A stretch of 64,000 nucleotides of DNA. Source: Mustelus asterias. Taxonomy: Eukaryota. The stretch is from contig NW_027590163.1 of the NCBI RefSeq assembly GCF_964213995.1, positions 806,001 to 870,000 of the forward strand. Direction: 5' to 3'. Numbering within the stretch: the first letter of the stretch is position 1; each line of letters begins with the position of its first letter. The notes beneath the pieces were generated by a model. That model was not told the origin of the DNA. It searched no databases and saw only the letters and a program-made list of their open reading frames with translations. Positions 1 through 11,249 of this stretch are shown here, one piece after another. A program made the translations under genes and the position numbers.

Positions 1-520
1 GTGTGTCTCGGTGCTTTTCCAGTCACACTGATGTTTGAAATCTTTTCCCACAGACAAAACAAACAAACATTTCTCCTTCCACTTTCCAAGTACGATGATA
101 TCCAGGTCCTATGAATCGAGTGATTCTGTCAGATCTTCATGTGATGTAGGGCGGCATGGTAGCACAGTGGTTAGCACTGCTGCTTCACAGCTCCAGGGTC
201 CCGGGTTCGATTCCCGGCTCGGGTCACTGTCTGTGTGGAGTTTGCACATTCTCCTCGTGTCTGCGTGGGTTTACTCCGGGTGCTCCGGTTTCCTCCCACA
301 GTCCAAAGATGTGCGGGTTAGGTTGATTGGCCAGGTTAAAAATTGCCCCTTAGAGTCCTGAGATTCGTGTACTAGCGGGTAAATATGTGGGGGTAGGGCC
401 TGGGTGGGATTGTGGTCGGTGCAGACTCGATGGGCCGAATGGCCTCCTTCTGCACTGTAGGGTTTCTATGATTCTATGTCTGGTTTGAGATTCCCGTCTG
501 CAATCCTCAACTTCTAATAG
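1..520 (-). other. 5' part of the main exon of a C2H2 ZF gene (ZF0) that continues off the left edge; interrupted by a SINE
   Basis: Reverse complement of 1-82 reads VEGEMFVCFVCGKRFQTSV*LEKHRDTH, a fossil finger seen upstream of the other ZF ORFs; acceptor-like tttttacag near 520. Confidence 0.7.
150..478 (+). mobile_element. tRNA-derived V-SINE (HE1-like), full length
   Basis: tRNA-like head (gcacagtggttagcactgctg...gggttcgattccc), V-domain (gtgtggagtttgcacattctc...ggtttcctcccacagtccaaagatgtgc), CR1-type tail ending (ttctatg)n. Confidence 0.9.
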
Positions 521-929
521 CTGTAAAAACCATCAATAAAAGTCATCACTAACAGTCCAGGATAGAAATTCTGAACAGACAATTCTAGTTTCTCTGGAAC
601 TTTTTCCTCTCGAACCCCCAAAGTTGCAGATCCCCATCCCACACACTCTCCCTCCTCCCTGAACTGAAATCCAAATAAATTGACAGATAATTATTTCAGT
701 TTCCTCTTAAAAAATATGTACAACTAGAGATGGTATTTTTGATGATTCACTTCATTCATAACACATGAGAAAACATCAATCTGAATCACCCTGACCCGAT
801 GAGTCAGAATAGCAGATGTTAACTTTGTGTCCAGAACTGAGTGTTTCGAGATTTGATGAGAAATTGTGAAGGGGGTTTCTCTAAACCGCCCTCTCTAACT
901 AAGTTAAACCTGGTTTCAGTCTCAGGGCC

Positions 930-1640
930 CATTCTGCTTTCTGGTTCTCTTCCTGCTGACTAATTAACCTCAATTAAATATCAAGAATACTGAAGCCACT
1001 GCTTTTGGTCCCCCTTCCAAGTCTTGTTCCTTTGCAATCCACTCAATCCCTCTTCCTGGCAAATATCTGAAATTAAGCCAGTTTGTTCATAACCTCGGTG
1101 TCCCATTTGATCCCAAGTTTCTGGGACAGCCTATTTCCACCTCGGTAACATCACATGCCCTCAGCTCTACCTCAGTGCATCTGCTACTCAAATCTTCATT
1201 CAGGCCATTGTTACCTCCAAACTCAACTATTCCATTGCACTTGACGTTTTACCCGTGGAAATGTGAAGTCATCCAAAAGTCTGCTACTCCTTTCCTAATT
1301 AACAGCAAGTCCCTGATCACCCCTGTCCTCCCTGACTTGCCTTGGCTCCCAGTCATGCAATACCTTGATTGTAAAATACTCATCTTTGTTTTCAAATCGT
1401 TCCATGGCTTCAGCCCTCCTGATCTCTGTAATCTTCCCACAAACATCTGAGATATCAGTGCTGCTCTTGTACATTCCCTACTGTAATTGCTCCACTACTG
1501 GTGGTCGTGTCTTCAGTTCTTCAGCCCCAGGATCTGAATTCCCACCCTACACCTCTCTGTCTCTACCTCACTTTCCTCCTTTAAGCCTCTTTAAAACTCA
1601 CCTCTTTGTCCAAATTTTTGGTTATCTGTCCTAATATCTC
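930..1640 (+). mobile_element. Degenerate L2-like LINE 3' fragment
   Basis: Decayed coding segments such as ITPVLPDLPWLPV and DCKILIFVFKSFHG resemble the L2 ORF2 C-terminus; similar decayed copy at ~21470-21860. Confidence 0.55.
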
Positions 1641-1684
1641 CTGATGAATCTGGGAATCTCACTTTGTTTTATAATGTTCCTCAA

Positions 1685-1938
1685 AGTTTATTTATCAGTC
1701 ACAAGACTTACATTAACACTGCAATGAAGTTACTGTGAAATTCCCCTAGTCGTCACACTCCAGCACCTGTTTGGGTCAATGCACCTAAGCAGCACATCTT
1801 TCCGACTGTGGGAGGAAACCATAGTACCCGAAGGAAACCCACGCACACACGGGGCAGAATGTACAAACTCCACACAGTGACCCAAGCCGGGAATCGAATC
1901 CTGGCGCTGTGAGGCAGCAGTGCTAACCACTGTGCCGC
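1685..1938 (-). mobile_element. V-SINE subfamily with an alternative (non-CR1) 3' tail
   Basis: tRNA head and V-domain on the minus strand; tail ...ttcacagtaacttcattgcagtgttaatgtaag...gtgactgataaataaac. Confidence 0.85.
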
Positions 1939-2151
1939 CTGTGTGAAGTGCACTGGAATGATTTATGACGTTATAAATAGAAGTTGTTGTTGGCTATAAT
2001 TCTGACCTCCTGTTTTACAACAACCCACTGTTTTCACAATAAACTCTATCTCTGATGTTTTTCTCTGCTGAGGATTATCCATTTGGTTTTGCCCTTAATA
2101 AAGATGGCAGATGTTAACGTCTGAGGATTTTGTCTCGTAAATTGAGGGATT

Positions 2152-2490
2152 AAAGTTTAATTATTAGTGCCACAAGTAGGTTTACATTAACATTGGAATG
2201 AAGTTACTGTGAGAATCCCCGAGTCACCACACTCCAGCACCTGTTCGGGTACACCGAGGGAGAATTTAGCACGGCCGATGCACCTAAACTAGTCACCGGC
2301 ACCTGTTCGGGTCAATGCACCTGAACCAGCACGTCTTTCAGACTGTGGGAGGAAACCGGAGCACCCAGAGGAAACCCGCGCAGACACGGGGAGAATGTAC
2401 AGACTCCACACAGACAGTGACCCAGGCTGGGAGTTGAACCCGGGTCCCTGACGCTGTGAAGCAGCAGTGTTAACCACTGTGTCACCCATG
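2152..2490 (-). mobile_element. V-SINE subfamily with an alternative 3' tail
   Basis: Same head, V-domain and tail as 1685-1938, with an internal duplication. Confidence 0.85.
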
Positions 2491-2997
2491 CCCGAGATCC
2501 GGCATCTGGCCGACACCGGGTGTTTATGAAGCCTCACCGCCCGGATCCATTTATGTTTCCGGTTTTCTTTCGGGCTCTGGATCCGCGCCATTTAAAATTC
2601 CCATTGAAAACCCGCCGGCTCGAGCTCCTTCCCGCCTGCGGATCCACAAAGTGTTTCCAAATCCTCCCAGCCACCGCCAAACGCTGACTCCGCTTCTCCG
2701 GGACAAACAAGCGCCAAGGACAGCAATGACACTGCGCATGCTCCACATCACAATGCCCGGGGTCTGATTGACGGCAGCTCCGGACCAATAGGAAGTGGGG
2801 GCGGGACTGGAGGACCGAGCGGGGGCGGCTGGTCCTCCAACCAATCGGAGTAAATGAGGGGCGGGGCTGGAGGACCGAGCGGGAGCGGCTGGTCCTCCAA
2901 CCAATCGGAGTAAATGAGAGGCGGGTCCAGGCTGGGAGTGGAGCATGCGCAAAGATGATCAGGCGCCGGGGAGCCTGGGAACGCACTGCGCAGGTGT

Positions 2998-3124
2998 GGT
3001 GAGCACAGTAAGAAGTCACAACACCAGGTGAAAGTCCAACAGGTTTATTTGGAATCAGGAGCTTTCGGAGCTCCGCCCCTTCATCAGGTGACTCACCCAG
3101 TCCAACACCGGCATCTCCACATCA
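2998..3124 (-). mobile_element. Short Penelope pseudo-LTR fragment with an inverted terminal piece
   Basis: Matches the end of the Penelope at 24397-24525 (acaccaggtgaaagtccaacaggtttatttgg); 3091-3124 is the inverted tgatgtggagatgccggtgttggactggg end. Confidence 0.8.
3052..3094 (-). ncRNA. Minimal type I hammerhead ribozyme motif (Penelope-type)
   Basis: Minus strand: GAGUCAC CUGAUGA A GGGGC GGA GCUCC GAAA GCUC CUGAUUC; core, stem II and most of stem I are present. Confidence 0.7.
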
Positions 3125-4666
3125 GGTGGTGTGGGTGCACGCTCTGAGCATGCTCAGTGTCAGTCATGGTGTTGGGGAGTGTTCGGGAGGAGATTGTGAG
3201 CACAGGGTGGGAATGGAAACCACGGCTGCACTGGAAACAGCACCAACTTCTGGCCTAGGCCGCAGGCCCCCACTTTACAGCAGGGACAGCGCTGAAACCG
3301 GTGGCTGGACATTGAGGAGGATTTGGAAACACTTTGTGGATCCACAAACCCTTCAGAATCATTGTCAGCTCCCTGGTTTGCAGCTGCGGGGCTTCTCCCT
3401 CCCTCCCTCCCGGGAACAGGCCCAGGTTAACGGCCCCATCCTGGCTCAGCCACTGGAGGATGGTTCACATCAGAGGATGGGGGAGGGGGACAATAAATAA
3501 GAGGTTACACTTTGTCCTCAAATCAATGAGGACTCTGATCTCTGGGAAGGAAGGAAACCCTGGGAGGTGGGCGGGGAGGATTCACAAACACCCGCTGGAG
3601 GCCCCAACACCCCCAGTAAGACCCATTGGTTTTATTGTCAGTCTGCAGACAGGAGCTGGAGAACTGAACCCAGACAGAGGAGAGGGAGGGAGAAAACTGA
3701 GAGTGGAGGAAAGAGAATTGTCTGTTCAGCATTTCTATTGTGGACTGACACATGAAATGTTTGAAAACTGCTTTTACACATTGTTACAAGTTGACAATTT
3801 ACACAGAGAACTCAACCCCAAGAGAAATGTTTGTCTCTCTGTGATTTCTGTTCTGCATTGACTGTGATGATTTTTGTAAACAGAGATTACAGCTTTCAGG
3901 AAAGATGAAATGGATTGAAGTTTTTTCCTATCGAGCAGTGACCTGATAAAAGTCTTTCAAATTATTAGTGGCTTGGACAGGGGAAATGTGGAGAGAATGT
4001 TCCACTTGTGACAGAGTCTAAAAGAAGGAACGATCAATAAACAGAGTCATAAATACAAGATAGTTACCAATAAATCCAAGAAGCAATAAGGACAAATTTC
4101 TTCACTCACAGGTTTAGAATGACCATAGAAATGAGTTGAGGAAAGTGCTGAGATTGTTTCAAAAGGAAATGGGAGAAACACACAAGAGAAAAAGAAATAG
4201 AAAAATCAACTGAAAGGCTGAGATGAGGTCTGTGGGACAGGAGAAGATGTGTCAAGTATAAAGAATTAAACTGAATGGCTTGTTTGTGTCTTGTGTATTC
4301 AAAGTAATTCAATGTAAACTCCTTTTCCAGAATATCTGCAGACGGGTGATTCAAACCAAACGTCTCGGGATCTGACAGTGTCACATGGTTCTTCAGGATC
4401 TGAATATCAAAGGCCTATGAATGTGGAAGGAGAAATGTTTGCTTATTTTGGGAAATTATTCAACATCAGTGTGACTGGAAAAGCCCCGAGACACAGACAT
4501 CTCAGTTATTTTTCCACAGTCAGCTGGAACAGAGCTTTAACCAGTCACACAGCGTGAAAAGAAATAGCACATTTACATCAGGTAGACACCGTACTCGTGT
4601 TCTGTGTGTGGACCTGGTTTCAACTGATCATGTAACCTGGAGAGACATGAGGACACCTGCACCATG

Positions 4667-4791
4667 TGAACAAGGAGCAGCAATAGGCCATTCAGCCCCA
4701 CGGGCCAGTTCCGCCATTTAATAACATCATGGCTGATCTGATAGTGAGGTCAAATCTGCATCCCGCCTACACCCGATAGCCTGTCAATAAT
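4667..4791 (-). mobile_element. CR1 3'-tail fragment inserted at the ZF1 start codon
   Basis: Splits the family consensus gacacctgcaccATGgagaaacc; catg duplicated at 4663-4666 and 4792-4795; reverse CR1 3'UTR (ggagcag...ggccattcagccc...catggctgatct). Confidence 0.75.
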
Positions 4792-4792
4792 C

Positions 4793-5941
4793 ATGGAGAA
4801 ACCGTGGAAATGTGCGGACTGTGGGACGGGATTCAATTACCCATCTGAATTGGAAACTCATTGACGTATTCACACTGGGGAGAGACCATTCACCTGCTGT
4901 GTGTGTGGGAAGGGATTCACTCAGTCATCCAGCCTGTACACACACCAGCATGTCCATACTGGTGAGAGGCCATTCACCTGTCTTCAATGTGGGAAGGGAT
5001 TTAATGCTTTATCAAACCTCCGGACTCACCACCAGGTTCACTCTGATCAGAGACCGTTTAAATGTTCTGATTGTGAGAAGAGCTTTAAAAGCAGAAAGGA
5101 TTTGTTGATTCACCAACGCACTCACACTGGGGAGAGGCCATTCATCTGCAACATGTGTGGTAAGGGATTCACTCAGTCATCCCACCTCCTGACACACCAA
5201 AGTGTTCACACTGATCAGAGACCATTTAAATGTTGTGAGTGTGAGAAGAACTTTAAAAGTAAAAAGGATTTACTGATTCACCAACGCACTCACAGTGGAG
5301 AGAGGCCGTTCACCTGCTCCGTGTGTGGGAAGGGATTCACTTGTTCATCCCAGCTCCTGAAACATCGATTTGTTCACACTGATCAGAGACCTTTCAATTG
5401 TCCTGAATGTGATAAAACATTTAAAAGCAAAAAGGATCTTCTGAAACACCAAAACACTCACACTGGGGAGAGGCCATTCACCTGCTCTCTCTGTGGGAAG
5501 GGATTCACTCGATTAGCTCACCTTCTGAGACACCATCGAGTTCACACTGGGGAGAGGCCATTCACCTGCCCTGTGTGTTGTCAGGAATTCATTGATACAT
5601 CTGACCTTCTGATACACCGGCGAGTTCACACTGGAGAGAGACCGTACACTTGCCCCCTGTGCGGCAAGAGATTCACTCAGTCATCCCACCTGACTACACA
5701 CCAACTTGTTCACACTGATCAGAGACCTTTTGAATGTTCTGATTGTGAGAAGAGATTTAAAAGTAAACAGAATCTGCTGAAACACCAGCGAGTTCACACT
5801 GGGGAAAGGCCGTTCAACTGCTCCATGTGTGGGAAGGGATTCGCTCAGTCAAACAACCTGCTGAGACACCAGCAAGTTCACAGGCGACAGCAGGGGTTGG
5901 ATTCTGCTGTTATTGCTGTTGTTCATCACATCCAGGACTGA
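4793..5941 (+). pseudogene. C2H2 ZF gene ZF1 (13 fingers) with a premature TGA in finger 1
   Basis: ATG at 4793 gives [11 protein letters not shown]...ETH, then TGA at 4862-4864, then 12 open fingers with TGERP linkers. The ORF-track start at 4901 is GTG. A downstream ATG could still give a shorter product. Confidence 0.8.
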
Positions 5942-5944
5942 ACG

Positions 5945-6440
5945 ATGCCAAGATGCCTGTTTCCAGCGGTGTTCCACAGTTTTCTGGTATGTGTCAATAA
6001 TTTCGGCTCAACTGTGTGGAAAATGATTGCTAAGTTTGCATCTGATACAAAAGTAGCTCCCATGGTTGACAATGAGGAATAAAGCTGTGGACGGCAGGAA
6101 GATATTAATGGACTGGGGGGTTCGTCAACACAAAAATAGCAAGTAGAATTCAATCTGGATCAATGAGAGATTGAATTTGGGAGAGTAAATAAGACAAGGG
6201 GATGAACAATACATGGGATGATGTTGAGAATTATAGAGGAACAGAGGGACTTTGGAGTGCATATCCACTGATCCCTGAAGATGGCTGCACATGTAGATCA
6301 GATGGTCAAGAAGGCATTTGGGACACTTTCCTGTCTGAGGCCTAGAATATAAGAGCAGGGAGATTATGTTAGAACTGATAAAAGACGAGTTAGAACACAG
6401 CTAGAATACTGAGCACAGTTCTGGTCACTGCATCATCCAA
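5945..6440 (+). mobile_element. Old degenerate CR1 RT fragment
   Basis: Decayed KFAxDTK and QFWS motifs. Confidence 0.65.
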
Positions 6441-7199
6441 CTATAAAGTAAGACATGATTCATTAATTTGCATAAAACTGATAAATTATCATATAATTGC
6501 AGTCAATGTTTAATTCATCAAATTTAGGAGAAAAATAATTATAAGGTGACTTCAGGAAAATGCTGATTACTGACTACCTGAAGAATCTTTATTTATTTTA
6601 ACGTTTTGTTTACTTTTCATAGAATCCCTACAATGCAGAAGGAGGCCATTCAGCCCATCGAGTCTGCACTGACTCTCAGAGTCTCTAGAGCAGTTGGATT
6701 CTGCTTTTGTTGATGCTGTTGATCATATTTAGGATTGAATCACATTAATTCTGACTTTTCGTTTGCTTATGTTAACTCCTGTAATGTGGCTGGAGTTTAA
6801 TATTTTAATGCATCAAATAAATCAGCTTTGTTTCAAACAGACAGCATTTCGTGTGGTTCATCTCTGAGATGTCATGAACATTTTCCCTTAAATCTGCTCT
6901 GGAAATGTACTTAACAGCAGATCAACAATTAAATACGTAGCATCAATTGGGAAAAATCCACTGGGGGCATTCATTTCTCAATTAATTCTGCTCTGGAACG
7001 TTCTGCCTGAAAGGGGATGGAAGCAGATTCAGATACATCTTTCCGAAGTGAATTGGATCTCCAGTTGAAGGTAAAGTTAGCAGGGCTCTGGGGAAAGGGG
7101 AGGGAAGTGGGGCGGATGGGCAGCTCTTTTAAATGTGTGACCACAACCCCATAAGGCAGCTGTATATTGACAGGAGAAAGGCTGATGTCCAAATACCCG

Positions 7200-7646
7200 A
7201 GAATAACAAGGCAGTTGTGATGAACCAGAATAAAACATTGGTTCAGCTTCAACTGGAGCATTGTGGCCAACTCCGGATAGATCGCTATAGGAAGGAGGTG
7301 AAGACATTGTAGAGGATGCAGAAAAAAATCATGAGACTGGTTCCAGGGATGAGAAACTTCAGTTATGAGGGTAGATTGGCAAAGCTGGGGCTGATCTCTA
7401 GAGAGAAGAGGAGGTTCGATAGAAATATTCAAAATCAAGAGGGAGTTGGACAGAGTAGATCGGAAGAAACTATTCTGATTGGCAAAAAGGTTAAGAAGCA
7501 GAGGACACAGATTAAAGGTGATTTGTGAAATAAGCAATGGTGATTTGAGGAAATCCCGTTTCCAGAGTGAGTGGTTAGAACCTGGCGTGCACTGACCCAG
7601 TGTGGGGAGGAGGAAGGTTCAAACAAGATTTCAAAACACAACTGGA
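7200..7646 (+). mobile_element. Degenerate CR1 3' fragment
   Basis: ORF 7316-7528 RLVPGMRNFSYEGRLAKLGLISREKRR matches the CR1 ORF2 C-terminus. Confidence 0.7.
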
Positions 7647-7833
7647 GTCCAAAGATGTGCGGGTTAGGTTGATTGGCCAGGTTAAAAATTGTCCCTTAGA
7701 GTCCTGAGATGCGTAGGTTAGAGGGATTAGCGGGTAAATGTGTGGGGGTAGGGCCTGGGTGGGATTGTGGTCGGTGCAGACTCGATGGGCCGAATGGCCT
7801 CCTTCTGCACTGTAGGGTTTCTATGATTCTATG
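7647..7833 (+). mobile_element. 5'-truncated V-SINE
   Basis: Nearly identical to 300-478. Confidence 0.85.
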
Positions 7834-7887
7834 ATAATTATCTGAAGAGAAAAAAAAATGTTCAGGGTTACGAGAGAAAGACTGTGC

Positions 7888-7982
7888 ACTGACCGAGGGA
7901 GAGGCCAGGGAGGGATCGAGGGCGAGGCCGGGGAGTGACCAAGGGAAAGTCCAGAGTGACCGAGGGAGAGGCCGGGGAGTGG
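7888..7982. repeat. Short purine-rich tandem repeat (~25 bp, about 4 copies)
   Basis: Repeats of gtgaccgagggagaggccgggga. Confidence 0.6.
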
Positions 7983-8334
7983 GACTGGCTGTGTCACTCT
8001 CTCAGAAAGCTGGTGTGGGTGTGAACACGATGGGCTGAATGACCTCTTTATTTGCTGTCATCATTCTCTAATTGTAGTGAAGGCTCTGAGGAAAAGGGAC
8101 TAACCGGCAGCTCCTTCAGAGATGATCCTGACCCTGCAATGCAGCTGTACATCGACAGGACACAGTCACAGTGGGTCATGCTGAGTATATCCCTCATCAA
8201 GGAGACCACTGTGGAATTCTGCAGTCTCTCTATTTAAATAAAATGCTGATTTTCTATTCTTCCCAACAATGCGGACAACCTTTTTCCCCAAATTATACTT
8301 TATCATTCCCACGTTCCCATCTACTTACCCTATA

Positions 8335-8520
8335 GTGTGATGTATTTTCAGGCTGTGTAACTGGTTAAAGCTCTTTCCACACTCAGTTCACTGGAACACT
8401 CTCACTCGGGTGTGTGTGTGTCTCAGTGTCTCCAGTCACAATTATATCTGAAATCTTATCCCATGGACAGAATAGACGTAACATTGCTCCTTCCACATCC
8501 AAAGGCCAGTGATGTTCAGG
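8335..8520 (-). pseudogene. Orphan remnant of a ZF-gene 5' region (fossil fingers)
   Basis: caggctgtgtaactggttaaagctctttccac...cagttcactggaacactctcactcgggtgtgtg is shared with the ZF paralogs. Confidence 0.7.
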
Positions 8521-8859
8521 GCTGTTACGGGGTTTCTTTCAGAGACAAAGTATTGCCAAAACTTTAGTTAATACAAAGACTTGCGACACAGCATCCTGGT
8601 GAAAGGCATTTTTATTGACCAATGTGAGACAAAACACCTGGAAAATGTGTACAAGGAAGGCCCGAGATGTGTGGATAGTATCGGAATGTGGACCGGCCTC
8701 TCGATGGGACAGGCAGTGAGAGCAGCTGAGAAATCAGTGGAGAAAGATTGTTCAGAGCGCGGCCAACCCTCAGAACGAGGACGGATAAAAGACAAGACAC
8801 CTGTAGTGGTAGGAAAAAGACTATTTACTATCCAGGATAAAGTTAATGTACTCTATAGA

Positions 8860-9097
8860 AACTCGGAGCAGGCCATTCGAGTCTGCTCCACCATTCAATA
8901 TGATCATGGCTGATCCTCGATCTCAATGCCATATTCTCCCCACACCGCTTGAAGCCATTAAAATCTAAACTAAAATCTATCTCTTCCTTGAACATATTCA
9001 GTGATTGGGATTCCACAGCCTTCTGTGGTGGAGAATTCCACAAGTTCACTACCCTTTGAGTTAAGAATATTTTCCTCATCTCAGTCTCATCTGACAT
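8860..9097 (-). mobile_element. CR1 3' end
   Basis: ETEMRKIFLTQRVVNLWNS motif plus 3'UTR. Confidence 0.75.
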
Positions 9098-9292
9098 CTG
9101 CTTTTGTGGATCATTTCAGTGGAAATGTGCCCTCGCTCAAAGGGAATCAGCCACTGGAATTAAAATTGAGAGACCGGTCAGTCCAACAGCAAGAAACCCT
9201 CTGACCCCCACACTTCAACAACTGTCAGAATGAACATGTTTCAGTCCTGGATGTGATTAACAGCAGCAATAACAGCAGAATCCAACCCGTCA

Positions 9293-10225
9293 TCACTTGT
9301 GAACTCGCTGATGTCTGAGCAGATGGGATGACTGAGTGAATCCCTTCCCACACACAGAGCAGGTAAATGGCTTCTCCCCAGTGTGAACTCGCTGGTGTGT
9401 GAGAAGGTTCGATGACCGATTGAATCTCTTCCCACACACAGAGCAGGTAAATGGCTTCTCCCCAGTGTGAACTCGCTGGTGTGTCAGCAGGGTAGGTAAA
9501 TCACTGAATCGCTTCTCGCACTCTGAGCAGGTGAAAGGCCTCTCCCCGTCCCCGCTGTGAATTTGCTGGTGTCTTAGCAGGTTGGCTAACTGAGTGAATC
9601 CCTTCCCACAATTGGAGCAGGTGAACGGTCTCTCCCCAGTGTGAACTCGCTGGTGTGTCAGCAGGGTGGAGGAATCTCCGAATCCTTTCCCACACACAGA
9701 GCAGATGAACGGCCTCTCCCCAGTGTGAACTCGCTGATGTGCCAGCAGGTCAGATGAATCTCTGAATCCTTTCCCACACTCTGAGCAGGTGAATGGTCTC
9801 TCCCCAGTGTGAACGCGATGGTGTCTCTGCAGACTGGATAACCGAGTGAATCCCTTCCCACACTCAGAACAAGTGAACAGCCTCTCCTTGGTGTGAACTT
9901 GCTGGTGTACCAGCAGGGTGGATGAATCTCTGCATCTTTTTCCACACACTGAGCAGGTGAATGGTCTCTCCCCAGAGTGAACTCGACGGTGTCTCACTCG
10001 ATTGGATGAAATACTAAATTTCTTCCCACAATCAGAGCAGGTGAATGGCCTCTCCCCAGTGTGAACTCGCTGGTGTGTGAGCAGGTCTGATGAATTAGTA
10101 AATCTCTTCCCACACTGATAGCAGGTGAATGGCCTCTCCCCAGTGTGACTGCGTCGATGTGTTTCCAGCTCAGATGGGGATCTGAATCCCTTTCCACAAT
10201 CCCCACATTTCCACGGTTTTCCCAT
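9293..10225 (-). CDS. C2H2 ZF protein ZF2, 310 aa, 11 fingers, no effector domain
   Basis: Uninterrupted [17 protein letters not shown]...HQRVHK with accATG start and TGERP linkers (one is HSGDGERP); acceptor ttttacag|gatatt at ~10372. Confidence 0.9.
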   Translation of the reverse strand: MGKPWKCGDCGKGFRSPSELETHRRSHTGERPFTCYQCGKRFTNSSDLLTHQRVHTGERPFTCSDCGKKFSISSNRVRHRRVHSGERPFTCSVCGKRCRDSSTLLVHQQVHTKERLFTCSECGKGFTRLSSLQRHHRVHTGERPFTCSECGKGFRDSSDLLAHQRVHTGERPFICSVCGKGFGDSSTLLTHQRVHTGERPFTCSNCGKGFTQLANLLRHQQIHSGDGERPFTCSECEKRFSDLPTLLTHQRVHTGEKPFTCSVCGKRFNRSSNLLTHQRVHTGEKPFTCSVCGKGFTQSSHLLRHQRVHK

Positions 10226-10689
10226 GGTGTGGGTGTCTGCGTCTTGGTGCTTTTCCTGTCACTCTGATGGTAAAATAGGTGATGATTTTCTCCGTCCTAA
10301 CGAGTGACTGTCAGAGCTTGACGTGAAGTTTCGTTTGAGATTTCTTCTGGCAAATCCTCCCCTTTTAATATCCTGTAAAAGGAGTTTACAAATGTCATCA
10401 CAGTCAGTACAGCTCAGAAACTGAGAACAGACAATTCTAGTTGCTGTGGAACACTCTTTCCTCACTGGTTTAGAGTGAATAATGAATTTGAAACATCATT
10501 GCGAGCCAGCAAATCAATCAAAATGCTCACAAAGGAGTGGAATTTATCTCCAGATGGACGGAAATCAGAAATAGTGAAATTATCTTCAATTCGGACAGAA
10601 TTTTAAGAATCCGTGGAACCCCTACAGTGCAGAAAGAGACTATTCAGCCCATCAAATCTGCATCGATGATTCAGATGAATTAACATGGT

Positions 10690-10850
10690 TCAGTCCTGAA
10701 TGTGATTTAACAGCAGCAAAACAGCAAAATCCAACCCCTGCAACCACTTGTGAACTCGCTGGTGTCTCAGTAGTTGGATGACCGACTGAATCCCTTCCCA
10801 CACACAATGCAGGTGAACAGCCTCTCCCCAGTGTGAACTCACTGGTGAAT
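10690..10850 (-). pseudogene. Orphan 3' end of a ZF gene (last finger and tail)
   Basis: ...[27 protein letters not shown]. Confidence 0.75.
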
Positions 10851-10941
10851 CACACCAGTCCCAGAGCCATGAAACCTCTCGCAGATAACAGAGCAAAGCA
10901 CTAAAAACTCTAAACTGTAGATGAATGCGCAATAATACTCA

Positions 10942-11060
10942 CCTCTGGAACAATTTCACTGTTTTCAAATTTAAAACCTCCTGCTGGAGCCTGCAGCTGG
11001 AAAGATGCCAGAAGCACTGGAGTCGGAGAACAATTGCAGTCTTCAAATCTTCTAATTCCC
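10942..11060 (-). other. Candidate small internal exon, probably 5'UTR, of ZF2; paralogs at ~23302-23413 and ~35910-36027
   Basis: Acceptor tttcacag|ggaattagaagatttg and donor ccagag|gtgagtat, both conserved in the 23.3 kb copy. Confidence 0.5.
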
Positions 11061-11249
11061 TGTGAAAGGAGATTACAAGAGTCATGTGTTAACAGTGGTT
11101 AGAGATTAAGAGATAAACATTTTTCTTGTTTTGAGATTGCTGTGTATAAATCCTCCCCTTCTAACCGTAAAAGGAGTTTCCAAAATCCATTAGTTAGTCC
11201 AGAATATAAATTCATAACATCCTCTCCTTCTGTTTCCTGGCATAGGATT

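Larger units (their letters stand above)
2490..3480. promoter_or_regulatory. CpG-rich head-to-head promoter and first-exon region for ZF0 (-) and ZF1 (+)
   Basis: High CpG density; NRF1-like TGCGCATG at ~2733 and ~2943; CCAAT at 2785, 2841 and 2901; GC boxes; two opposed copies of the cassette also found at 47900-48240 and 59740-60080. Confidence 0.75.

Noticed and set aside
150-235. tRNA genes (here and at other SINE heads)
   Set aside because: A/B-box heads run directly into the V-domain and LINE-like tail, so they are SINEs
4862-4864. Selenocysteine recoding of the in-frame TGAs
   Set aside because: They do not align with Cys ligand positions, fit CGA>TGA CpG decay, are TAA in some paralogs, and I could not identify a SECIS
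8522-8860. Possible solo LTR (starts tgtta, minus-strand AATAAA)
   Set aside because: No second copy, TSD, PBS or PPT visible; left unassigned
9293-10225. Gene symbols or a KRAB domain for the ZF genes
   Set aside because: Lineage-specific arrays; no KRAB-A motif seen; orthology cannot be inferred by eye
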